Assembly (NCBI GenBank): GCA_036172245.1
Contig: JAYWIR010000120.1
Coordinates: 62,001 to 104,491, forward strand
From: Raillietiella orientalis
Taxonomy: Eukaryota
Direction of reading: 5' to 3'
Length of the DNA stretch: 42,491 nucleotides
The position numbers and the translations under genes were made by a program. Every line of letters begins with the position of its first letter. Within the stretch, counting starts at the first letter, position 1. The notes under the pieces were generated by a model. It searched no databases. It was not told where the DNA came from and saw only the letters and a program-made list of their open reading frames with translations. This document shows, piece after piece, positions 12,231-22,981 of the stretch.

Positions 12231-15014
12231 TGGTAACTAGCGAAAATGCTTTGTCGCCTCCGGGTGACTAAGCTAGTCTGCTGGCATCCTCCAAACACAG
12301 TTTGGAGGACCCTTGTTTGGCGGGAGCATCTCGAACTTGAGCCTGTTGTGGTCTGAAAGCACAGACGGCATGGGACCTCTCCGACCCACTCGAGAGAGCA
12401 AGTGTTCATCGAGGAATACATGGTCCGGTGATGTCGCCATAACAGGGTCGTTAGCGAACAAGTTGCACTCGTGCACGGACGCGTCCATCTCTTCCACTTG
12501 CAACTTCTCCCTTTTGTGTGCGCTATTCTCGGTCAGCAGGTGGACGTTAAAGTCCCCCGCAAAAAGATGCGCAACAGTAGGGTGAGAACGAGTAAGCCGC
12601 TGGCTCTGCAGGGTACCGAAAAACTAAATCCTTTCGGCAAATCGTCCAGCACAAATCGGCGGGTACACGTTCGTTACGACAAGGTCGATCGAGTCGGACC
12701 ACTTGAGTACAAGCTGTCCCACACGGCCTTCCGTGTCGGAGCGAACGCCGCGCACCGCTTCCGCCAAATTTCCTCGCACGAGGAAAGCGACGCCGCACCT
12801 GTAATGTAGCTTTCCGCCTGCACGTTATTCGATTTCGGCAGCCTGCTCTTCGGAGATGCTGTGAATCTCCTGCAGGAGCGTCAAGTCGAAGGCACGCAGA
12901 GCGTTAGCTACTAGTCGCCTCTACTCGTCGTCTTGGAGACCGTTGACTTTCCAGCACGCCACGGCAACACGACGAGAAGACGCGATTGCCCTCATCACGG
13001 CTGGGAAATTGAGGCCGTGGTGCTCGCCTCATTCGGCGAGCGGGCAGTAAGCAGCACGACGGGGTGGAGGGCGCGGTCACCACTGGCCTCCACCGTGCTC
13101 CGCGTAATCGAGTGCTCCTCCCCGGGTGCAGAACCTCTGGGTTCCGGGGTGAGCACTCGCCGTTCCTCAGCGAGTGTGTCACGCCTCAGGGCTTCAGCCT
13201 TGCGGGAGCTCGCTCCGGCGCGAGTAATACGTCGTTCAGCGGCGTTATCGGACTCCTTTACGGAGTCTGATGCTTGCGCAAACGAAGTGCGTTTGCATCC
13301 GTCCGATCGCAACGGAATCGTCTTCTCGGCGCTCACAGAGGCGGACTTGCAAGCGTTGACGGCGCTGGCTTTTTCCTGGGCAGAAGAATCCTCCGCGCGT
13401 GTTTTCTTGTTCAAGCGGCTGTTCTTCGCCCTCCAAGAGCTCGCAGATGGAGGTTGCGAAGTCTTCTTGGGAGATTTTTTTTTCTCCTCTCCACAACCTT
13501 GCATTCTTCGTCACGATTTTCGGACGCTTCCGCGACTTTCGTCCCGGAAACCTCCGGAGTTTTCTCTGTTGCCTCTAGGGGCGTTGCTTTCGCTACGCCT
13601 TTAAAGGGAGGCACTGAAGTCACCTTCTTGGAAGTCGGGAGATTGCTCCTCTCTTGCCTAGTCGGTGAAAGGGCGGCTGCATGCAGCGTGTTTTTGCGCG
13701 GCGCGCCGCGGCTTGCTACGAGTTTTGTAGCCGCTGCAGAGATCCTTACGTTGGATTCAGGGTTTGCCGGTTTGGGAAGGGATAGCGGGTTGGAGCTGGA
13801 AGTCTTCGCCCTATGGCGATCTTCTTGCTCACCTATCTTTCCTACCGAAGTTCTTCGGATATTTCTCGGTTCCTGGCTTGGAGAGGTGCTTCCAGTACGG
13901 CAGCGAACGCAGGCACGGAACGCGTCTAACCCTCGCGCCCCTTTTCTATTGGCTTCCCTGCCGCGATTTCTCCCTTTTGTGGCGTAGCGGGCTGGTGCGC
14001 CTTTTGTATTGCCGCGTATTGCTTGTCTCTTTTGCCAAGACTCCGCGGACACTGCTTTTTCTTGCGGGCAGCGGCCTTTTGTGCGTTGGTATCTTGAACG
14101 CGACGAACTTCCGCTGCTGCGCTTTTCTTTGCAAGGACCGGGCACTTTTTTATTTCGTGCCCGGTTTCTTTGCAATAGCGGCATTTCCGGATGGGACATT
14201 CCTTTATTCGGTATCCTTCTTGGCCGCACTGCTACCACTCGCGAGTCTGTCCTAGAAACCACAGGTGAACGACCGTGCCGTTCACCTGCAGCTGCTCGGG
14301 CACAACACGCCTGTTCGCGACGGTGATCCGCGAAAACGATTGACCAATGCGGACAGAGGGAAAATCGTTTAGAGGATTTGGCCTCCTCCACAGGGCATGC
14401 ACGGTGGCGAACTTCGCCAGCACACTTACGACATCGCGGATGCAGATTTCCGGCTCGATGTCGCACAATTGGACGACAAACGAGTCGTCCATCACGAAAG
14501 GCAGGACTTCCTTGCCACCGATAGACAACGGAGTACAAAGAAGACGCTGCACAAGTGCCGCGTTTTTACACCGTACCTTGGTGTATTCCATCCTGCCCGC
14601 AGGCATGATGGCAAGGAGCTCCTCCTCCCGAACGCCGATCCGGACGAGCTCATCTTTGAGCTCACGCCCGGACCTCCCGTTAAGGGGCCCACTGACCTTA
14701 TAACGGAGTGCGGGCATGTAGCCGGATGCTACATTAGCCCGCAACTCCGCATCGCAGGGTCCTGTTCCCTGGGAGGTGACGGCGGCGTAGCTCCTCACCA
14801 AAAGCGAGGAAACCGTCACGGAGGATGCGGCCGCTTCCATTCCTATTGAATTGGATTCAACGGCCGTCTCCTCCACACCATTCCCAGAAGTGGCCATGCT
14901 GCACAACGCTGCTTGGTTGACTCCCAAGAAACGCACAAGTGCGAGCGAAAATCACGCACAAAGATGTTCGATCCAGGACGCGGAGAGACGCGAAAACACG
15001 TCTACACTGTGTGA
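12231..15014 (-). mobile_element. G: 5' half of a LINE (ORF1 about 14897-12995; ORF2 APE 12995-about 12231)
   Basis: AGACGTGTTTT 15003-14993; RRM-like ORF1 with decayed knuckles; TGATG junction; LLQE, GDFN, PDHVF, SDH. Confidence 0.88.
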
Positions 15015-15324
15015 GCGCAGGAGATCGAACGGATCTCCGGAGGGCGGCTGTGGTACAGGTGTGGGAGAACGAAAAGTTGCGGTGTCGCCTACCTGCTTCG
15101 GCCAGCCGTCGACGCCGCGGTTTGGGGCTTGCGGTTCGACTATCACGGTAGTGTCGGCCAGCCTACACTCAGGTGGTCCGACTCGATCGGTCTGATCGTC
15201 ACGAACGTGTACGCACCGAGCGGCGCGGACCTGATGAACAGGAGATCGAGGAAAAAGTTTTTCCTTGCACTCCGGCGCGACTTGCTGACCGAAGCAGTGC
15301 TGCAGGCGATTTCAACGTTCGCCT
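15015..15324 (+). mobile_element. B2a: B-family APE fragment (host)
   Basis: AQEIERISGGRLWYR...AGDFNVRL, matching B3 at about 35293-35622; resumes at 26886. Confidence 0.88.
15309..15324 (+). repeat. 16-bp TSD, left copy (ATTTCAACGTTCGCCT)
   Basis: Exact match to 26886-26901. Confidence 0.92.
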
Positions 15325-16698
15325 TCATACGAGTCGGACGTGATTTCGTGTCGCTCCGTGGTTCCGCTGTTTGGCTGTGTTTGTGAATCCCACTGCACAT
15401 CCCTAAGGATGAGCAGTGAACAACGCAACGTGGAAGACCTCGAGCCTGTGGTTCAGGAACTTTTCGCAGCTGGAGTGATGGCGACAACGTGTGCGAGCCC
15501 GCCCCACCGGCCAGGAGCTTTGCGGACGTGGCTTCTTCTGCAGCCGTACAAAAATAGCTCCCCGACTAGGCGGAGATGCAAGCCCATGTAGCCCAGGGCT
15601 ACAAGCCTGCTCTCCGCTATAACGTAATTGGTGTAGGAAAGGCTCGGGAGGAGTTCGCGGACGAACTCTACCGTGTGGGAGTGCGAGAAGAGGACCTCAT
15701 AGCACTCATGCCTGTTCCAGCATTGGGCTATGTGAAAGTCCGATGCAAGCAGGCTGCACTTGTGCAGAGGCTTGTCCGCACTCCTTTGACTTTCCGCGGA
15801 AAGAAAGTTTTTCCTTCCGCGATGGACGAGTCTTTTGTCGTTGTTCTCTCGGCCATGGAGCCGGAGATCAACGACAAACAGTTGATGGACGCGTTGGCGA
15901 AATTCGCAACCGTTCATGCGTTGTGGGGGAACGAGAATTCCTACAGGAAATTCCCTTTTGTACACACAGAATTTGCTGCGATTAGGGTAACCGTTCCTAA
16001 CCGCCGCACGCTGTCTGCCACGCTACAGGTCAACGGCACGGTCGTTCATCTGTGGTTCGTTGGCAAAACTTGCGCGTGCGAGCAATGCGGCAAAGAAGGG
16101 CATCGAGGTAAGGAATGTTCTTCCCCGAAGTGCCGCTACTGTAAGGAGTCCGGGCACGAAATTAGAAAGTGCCCGGACATAAAGAAAAAAAAAGGAGGCT
16201 GCTAGACTCCGGCGTGCCAAAGAGTTCGCAAAGGAGGAAACAGCATCCTCAAAAAAAAAAAAAACAGGGAGGCTCGCGAAAGGCCGAAGATAAAAAAGGC
16301 CCGAACGCGGTCTCAAAGTTGGCTCCCTCAGCATCAAAACCCAAAAAGAGCAATTGCGCGGTACGGAAGCCATTTTGAAAAGGGCGAGAGGGCTCCGCGC
16401 GTACCGTTACTGTCCCAGTAGCTGATCGAGGAAACGCTACTCGCGAAATGGAATCAGTTACACCAGTCGCTCCGTGCGACAAGGCGAAAGAAGGATACGC
16501 GGGAGAAAATTGCGTGGTAACCGTCTCCTTGAGGGCTCTGTCCATTTCGGAGGCTTCAGTCAAAAACCTCACGAAGGCGTTTGCAGGTTCGTCGAAAAAA
16601 GCCAACGAAAGCTGCGTTCCGTCGCCTCAAAACACGCAGCAACCAGCTGCATCCTCCCCAACAAGACAGGTTTCTTCAAGTTCCACAAGGAGTGGAAC
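15325..16698 (+). mobile_element. D 5' part: 5'UTR + ORF1 (ATG about 15409)
   Basis: GGACGTGATTT at 15336; CEQCGKEGHRGKEC and CRYCKESGHEIRKC. Confidence 0.88.
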
Positions 16699-16770
16699 AA
16701 ATTTATTTTTCAAGAATTTTTCTACAAAAACATTCACGCTACAGTCTCATTCATACCATTTGCACTGTTT

Positions 16771-19700
16771 TTACCACCCTGAAGTCCATGGGTTCACATG
16801 TTCTGCACTAATGGTGGGTTTCCTGCTGTTTGGTCTCGAGCGTCGTCTATCTATCCTCTTCAGGATGAATCGGAACGTCCAGGCTTGGATTTTCCCACAG
16901 TTTCTAACGCCGATTTCCCTCTTCAGGAGCCCTTGTAGGATCTCCATCGGTGGTGCGGCTCTGCTGGCTTTCCTCATTTTCCACCACCGCACAAGTATGG
17001 CGGTGATGAAGAGGGCGATGGTCGTCCTCACCATGGGATTGTAACAGGGAACATTACCATCCCCCTGAAACATACCGGAGAGGATCTCCATTACGGATCT
17101 GTTCGTGAGTCCGATGATCCTTTTCAGGATCAGTCAGTCATGAAGCAATGTGGGTCACGTCAAGACGTGAAGTCTCGTGTCGTTGTCTCCACATGCCGTG
17201 CAAACTCGATCTTCCCGTCTTCCAGTATAGTACTGCAATCGGGAATCACTCTGGATTCCTCCATGATAAAACATCAGGAGGTCATCCTGGGTGCTCCGCG
17301 GAAGGTCACTTCTCCAGAGCATCGTGCCGATCGCTAGCAGGTTGACCCGGTCGCTTCCGTAGCAATCGGCGGCTTCCTGGAGGGCACTAATATCACTGTG
17401 TTCTTCTTGAATTAGTCTTCGGAGGTTTGTTCTGGTTACCCTGGACCACGCAAAGTCGTTGTGGTTGATCCACACCTTGCAAGCCATGTGGGAAAACCTT
17501 CCTAACATCATCTCTATATACCTAAGTATACGAGTGTGATGTAGGTACCCTCCTCGTTTCCAATCCTGGAATCGTTGTAGGGTAACTCTGGACCGCTGGT
17601 GGATCCAGCTTCTCGTGTCAGGTGGGACAGGAAGCATCCAAAGGATCACCAGGATGGACTCGTCCTGCCAGAGTTTTCTACTTCTCAGCACGATCTTGAT
17701 TTTGTGCCTTCGCACCAGCCGTTGCTTCTTCGTTCAGGTTAGGTCGATTTTTTTCCATTCGCCTGCTCGGCCTAGCAGCGCAGTCATCAGGCCTTTCGAG
17801 AAGTTCAACAACAAAGCGTAGGCCCTGTGCGCCGCATACGGCCAGTCATCCCAGTGAGTGGCAATGTCCAGGATGTGTCGCGTATACATGATTTCTATGG
17901 AGTGTGCAAGCGACTACATCCCGGAACCTCCTTCTTACCTGGGACGACACAGGGGTTTTAGTCGAACTCTTGGGCGATAGTGGCCCCACAGTGTTTTTCT
18001 CTGCATCTTGTCGAACTCCCTCGTGGTGTCCTTGTTCATCCTAGCGAAGGCCGTTCCAAAGAGCACTCTTGGAAGGACTACTCCGTTCTAATATGTTGGC
18101 CTTTCGTTTCATTCCAATGTCCGTTCCGGTGTACTTCGCTGCTTCCTTGGCCGTTTTCCCTAGGATCTCGGTCCACAATAGCTTCGACGCGGAGTGGTAG
18201 CCAATGTAGACACCTAGGTACTTGGCCGTGTTCACCGTTCGGAATCCTCTCCCCGCTAGAGCAAAGAGATCGAGGATTCCAACGGGCAAGAGCTGGCTTT
18301 TCTGGGCGTTGATCTTTAGACCCAGGCGTTGATCCATCAGGTCTACCACATCCAGAAAAGCTCGTTGATTAATCTCTCCCTTGATAAAGAAGAGTAGATC
18401 ATCAGCGTATGCCAGTTGAGTAAGACGCTGGCCATCGATTGTTATGCCTTGCAGTCGTCCGCTCTTCTCGATAAAAGACGACAACGCCTCCATGTAGATG
18501 ACGAACAGCATCGGACTTAGCGAATCGCCTTGCCGGACTCCCCGTTTCATCCGGATTGCTGCCGTCTCCTGGTTGTTGATTTTGATTCAGCAGTTCTGGT
18601 TCTGGAGTACCACTCTCACGAAGTTGCTAAAGTGTTCCGGAAGGCCTGGCTTCTCCAGAACCTTCAGCAACATCCCTTGGTCGATGGAATCGAAAGCCTT
18701 CTCCATGTCAGTGAACACCAGCGACAGGTTCTCTCCGATGTATCGACTGAGTCCAACAGTGGCCTGGGCACACTTGACATTGTCCGATATGTGACGTCCA
18801 GGAACTGCACACGTTTGGATCGGAGAGATGAGCTTCCACATGACCCTGCCTAAGCGGTTGGACCAGATCTTCGAAAACCACTTGGCATCGGAGTTCAGGA
18901 TTGAGATTGGCCTTCATTGAGCGATCTCTGTTGGGTCGCCTCCTTCCGGCAACAATCTCATCCGACTCTTGTAGAAGCACTCAGGTAGTCTGCCTTCTTA
19001 ACGGATGCAGAGGGTCAACTGGTGGAACAAACGCAGGTAGGCATGCAGGTACCGCTGATAGTGCGTGATGGGTACGCTTTCAGGGCCCGCTGCCACGTCC
19101 TTGCGTTGTTGACCAAACGCAGCCTTCACTTGTCTTCGGAGAACTCCTCCTCCAGTCTAGTCCGCTGGAGATCGTCGGTCCTCTTCTCGAGATAGCTCAG
19201 AAAGGCCTGTTGACTAGATCGACAGAGATGTTGTTGCCTGAAGTGCTTCGTGTAATGCCTTTGATAGGCTTCCACGATGTCCTCAGACGACTGTCGCTTT
19301 TGACCGTCGTACTGAATGCAGAAGATATCTGTTGCGACATTTCTCTTCTCCAGCACGCCGACTTCTTCTTTTATGTTCTTGAAGACGTACCGACTCTCGT
19401 ACTGATCGAAGTACTTAGAGAGTGAGCGATCTTGGATGTTCAGCTCCCGTTACGCCTCCTGCCTCATGCGCCTATCTCCGAACTGCATGTTTGCAAACAG
19501 GTGTATCCTGTGTTTCCGGCTGTCCCAGTCGGCGCCTTTTCGGATTGTTGTTGACTTCAGAATCGTCTCCAGGACAGCCTGATATCCGGGATGGGTGCCG
19601 AACCAGGCAAGCATGCTGATGAGCGCCTCCCTATATCCTTGCCTCCGCCGAGGATTCTCCGTTATTAGGGATCACCGCACCAAGGGGTGATGGGACAACG

Positions 19701-20328
19701 TGGTCATAATGTCTCGAAAACCCTGAATGCGATTCCCAAGTTCGGTGCTGTGGAGGACGTGATCGATCGGCTTGTGGCTTGCTGTTCGCCACATCAGTCA
19801 AAACTCTTCCGATAGCCGCCGATACGCCGTCCTTCCTCTGGCGTCTTGTGAATAGGTGATCTCATCCAAGATGTTGAGATCGCCAGCAACAATCACGAGG
19901 TCCTTGGGGGCAACCTTTTCACGGAGTGCTCCATGAAGTGCCTCCGCACAACGAAGTTTTAGCCTGTGCGGCCCGTACACGTTCACCAGTATAAGGTGAA
20001 CAGTTGCGGACCAGGCCAGTCGCACGCCGATGATTCGTCCGGGTTGGGGACAGAACACTTCCAGGATAGTGGGGGCTAAGTGGTTCTTTATTAGCACCGC
20101 CACACCCTTCGTGTTCCGTTCTCCTTCGTTGAGGAACATCTGCCCGTTGAATCGCCGTTCCATTCGCTGGCTTATCTCCAGACCCATCCTGTAAGTCTCC
20201 TGCAGGCACACGATGTCTTGTTGTGCGATGGTCCGCACAATCCTTCTTCTTTTTCCCTGGTCGACCACACCGTTTACGTTCCAGGAGGCGATGTTCATCC
20301 CCCTGGCGGTCGATAGGGAAGAGGCCAT
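16771..20328 (-). pseudogene. J ORF2 (APE-RT-finger)
   Basis: ASWNVNG, CLQET, NVYGP, GDLN, IDH, DMEKAFD, RQGDSLSP, YADD, KYLG, CTACG; many stops/frameshifts; 3' end approximate. Confidence 0.88.
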
Positions 20329-20341
20329 AAAAGGGGAAGAC

Positions 20342-22090
20342 CTATCTTTTGGCCTTCCTGAGCTTCTTCTGTCTGAGAGAGCGTGCTCTTCCAGACAATA
20401 AAGAAGCAGGGGGCTTCTCGCTGCCGGCGTCACTCTCCGTACCTGTGAGGTCGGTAATTTCCGCCTCCTCCGTCGCGTGTTCGGCCCGCGCGATCAGTTT
20501 TCGAGATAGCGTCTCTATCTCGACCTTGGCGCAGAAGTTCGCCTTTACTTCGAAAAGCTGTTCCTCTATCTTCTCGCGCTCGGTGACCTCCACAACCTCG
20601 TTGACCTCCTGTGGATTGCAGATCTTCTGCAAGATGTTCTCTTGCTGGGAACCGCTCTGCACCTCTAGGAATTTATTAGCCAGTGTTGCCAACTCCTCCA
20701 TAGTCTGCAGAGCCTCCTGCGACACTTTAGTGGCTTCCTGTCTCTCTTTCTTCGCGCCTTCCTGCGCTACCTCCATCTTCTCGCCTTCCTGCTCTGCTGC
20801 TTCCAGGATTTGAGGCGTTCTTTGCTCCTTGACGAGCATCCTCCTCTTTCCCTTCTTTCCCACTTCTATGAAGCCGTCCGCCGACACCGGGACGGCTTCT
20901 TTCACTTTTTTCTGCCTTCCTGCCTTCTGAGGCTGTTCGGCCTCCTTGATGTTTCTCTCTCTCACGGGAGAGAGACCTCGAATCCTTCTGCAGTTTTCAA
21001 ACTCCGGACAGCTCCATTCCGCATGTCCGTGTTTCTTGGAGAAGGAGCACACCTCCGGCTGCGGGCAGTTTCGGACTTGATGTCCTACTTTGCCGCAGCG
21101 GAAACAACGACACGTTGGGCAAGCGCCGGCTCTGTGGCCGAACTGCTTGCACCCGGTGCAGAATACCGGTTGTTGCCGGTAACGCACATCCACTCCCTGG
21201 GATTGTTCGTCAATAACGGCCAATCCAGGGATCACCGCTCCCTCCCTCAACTTCATCTTGGCGATCATGTCGCCAGAAAATATGTTTCCAGAGAAGTTCT
21301 GGAAATCAAGGTCCAGAACTTCCCCAAACTGCTCCAAGTAATTCCACACCGCTAGTTGCGGTGTGAGGATGGAGATGCCGTTTAAAAAGACGGTTGTGTA
21401 TGGCATCTCGCCAATACCACAAACCATCCGTCCTTGTATATTGATCCCCTTCTGGATCAATCGCTCTCTAATGTTTTCACAGTCTGTAAAGACCTTGTAC
21501 GATGGAATGATCGCCTGAATGCGAACAAAGTCTATGTCCGTCTTGTCGAGGGACAAATAGACCTCCCTGATGTTATTAAATTTTATTAGCCCCGTCATGA
21601 AGATAATGAGCTTCACGTTGGAGCCAATTTCGACTATTGGTCGGTCCACTTTTAGAACTTTTCCGCTAAGCGGCTTACCGAATTTCCTAGGTGGGTGGAC
21701 ACTCGCCTGTCCAGCCGCCACCGACGCATAAGAAAAGGGCTGCGACGCCGCAGCCGAACAAGATGGCGTCGCTCCCTGCACCGCGTGGACGCCAACGGGT
21801 CCCGCCTGGGACGCCACCGCCGCGGGCGCAACCCTCGACGTCGCCACCGTTGCCGCCGCGGGCGTCACTCTTGGCATCGCCGCCGCAGGCTCGACCTTCC
21901 CCGCCGCGGGCACGATCCTCGGCGTCGCCGATGCGGGCACGACCCTTTTAATCTCCGCCGCCGGCGCAGCAAAGCCCGCCGCGGGCGCGATCCTCGACAT
22001 GCCTGCCACCGCCTCGCTGTTGCCGCACGTTACCTCCATGGTTTCCATTGGGGACGGCGGTCTCTCTACTCCTCCTCCAGGTGCCTGCAT
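20342..22090 (-). CDS. J ORF1 (Ala/Pro repeats, RRM-like, 3 CCHC-type knuckles), frame open
   Basis: CTGCKQFGHRAGAC, CFRCGKVGHQVRNC, CSFSKKHGHAEWSC; first ATG inside the element at 22090. Confidence 0.85.
   Translation of the reverse strand: MQAPGGGVERPPSPMETMEVTCGNSEAVAGMSRIAPAAGFAAPAAEIKRVVPASATPRIVPAAGKVEPAAAMPRVTPAAATVATSRVAPAAVASQAGPVGVHAVQGATPSCSAAASQPFSYASVAAGQASVHPPRKFGKPLSGKVLKVDRPIVEIGSNVKLIIFMTGLIKFNNIREVYLSLDKTDIDFVRIQAIIPSYKVFTDCENIRERLIQKGINIQGRMVCGIGEMPYTTVFLNGISILTPQLAVWNYLEQFGEVLDLDFQNFSGNIFSGDMIAKMKLREGAVIPGLAVIDEQSQGVDVRYRQQPVFCTGCKQFGHRAGACPTCRCFRCGKVGHQVRNCPQPEVCSFSKKHGHAEWSCPEFENCRRIRGLSPVRERNIKEAEQPQKAGRQKKVKEAVPVSADGFIEVGKKGKRRMLVKEQRTPQILEAAEQEGEKMEVAQEGAKKERQEATKVSQEALQTMEELATLANKFLEVQSGSQQENILQKICNPQEVNEVVEVTEREKIEEQLFEVKANFCAKVEIETLSRKLIARAEHATEEAEITDLTGTESDAGSEKPPASLLSGRARSLRQKKLRKAKR
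21800..22010 (-). repeat. Degenerate GC-rich coding repeats (RI/VxPAAA units) in J ORF1
   Basis: RIAPAAG, RVVPASA, RIVPAAG, RVTPAAA, RVAPAAV. Confidence 0.7.
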
Positions 22091-22981
22091 CCTGGCAGCT
22101 GGTCTTGCTGCACGGGACCACTGCAGGTCTTCCGCCGAGATCTCCTCGGCGCTTCTTATGTAGTTTCGTCTGGAAACTTCCCCTCTCCGGGCACACACGA
22201 GCACAATTAACTGATTAAGTTGTCGTGCGCACAATGCTCCGAGCCGCGAAGCGAGTTCACCGACTCGGCAGTTGAGGAGCAATCTACCAACTGTCGCGTA
22301 GGCCGCGCTTTCGCCGCTTTTTCAGGGTGCAGCGAAAGCTGCGCCCAACACGGTTGGGTAGGAACGTTCGGAGGCGTCTCTCACGAAAGTCGAGGAGCGC
22401 TCAGAAGAAACGGACGGTTGGTGGACGGTTGCGTTGAAAGGGAGAAAAATAAAATATCCCAAAAATTCACCGCAACCTAGTTCCAAGAGCCTCTCCAAGG
22501 CAAAGAACAGTCGCGCGATGCAGAAGACTCGCGCGAAGGTTCCCTCTGCCGCTGCAAAGGCTACCGCGGCGGTCGCGAATGACGTGAAAGTTGCGATCGC
22601 TATTGACGATGTTCCGGTGATCGCGAAAAAGGTAGTGTCCGCGTTTCCATTCGCGAGCACCTCCAAACCGACAGAGCAGGTGAGTCGCGAAGCGCCTGCG
22701 CTTCAATCAGACTCCCAAACGGAGTCTGAGATCACCGACGCACGTCGGATCACACGCGCGGAAGCCGTAGCGCCACGGGCTAAGACCCTGAGGCGCGCAG
22801 CGCAGGTGGCGAAGGAGCGAGAGCTCATCCCAGAGCGTCAAACGAAGTTACGCGGAAATGAGCTCTCGAATTAGTGCAGCACCAGGGAGGACGGTGGCGA
22901 CCGTGATCTCCAGTCAGCAGTGCTGCTCACCGTCCGCTCGCCGGGTTAAGCGGGCAAAATGCCGCCAACTTCCCAGCATTA

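Larger units (their letters stand above)
16699..22220 (-). mobile_element. J: full-length divergent L1/Tx1-like LINE interrupting D ORF1
   Basis: TCAGTT at 5' end (22214-22209), open ORF1, decayed ORF2, AATAAA 16707-16702; boundaries approximate. Confidence 0.87.

Noticed and set aside
16180..16265. A-runs as poly(A) tails (also the T-run at 2545-2600)
   Set aside because: They are Lys-rich codons inside ORF1
22091..22282. 646-aa ORF start at 22282
   Set aside because: 22221-22282 is antisense D ORF1 sequence; the first ATG within J is at 22090
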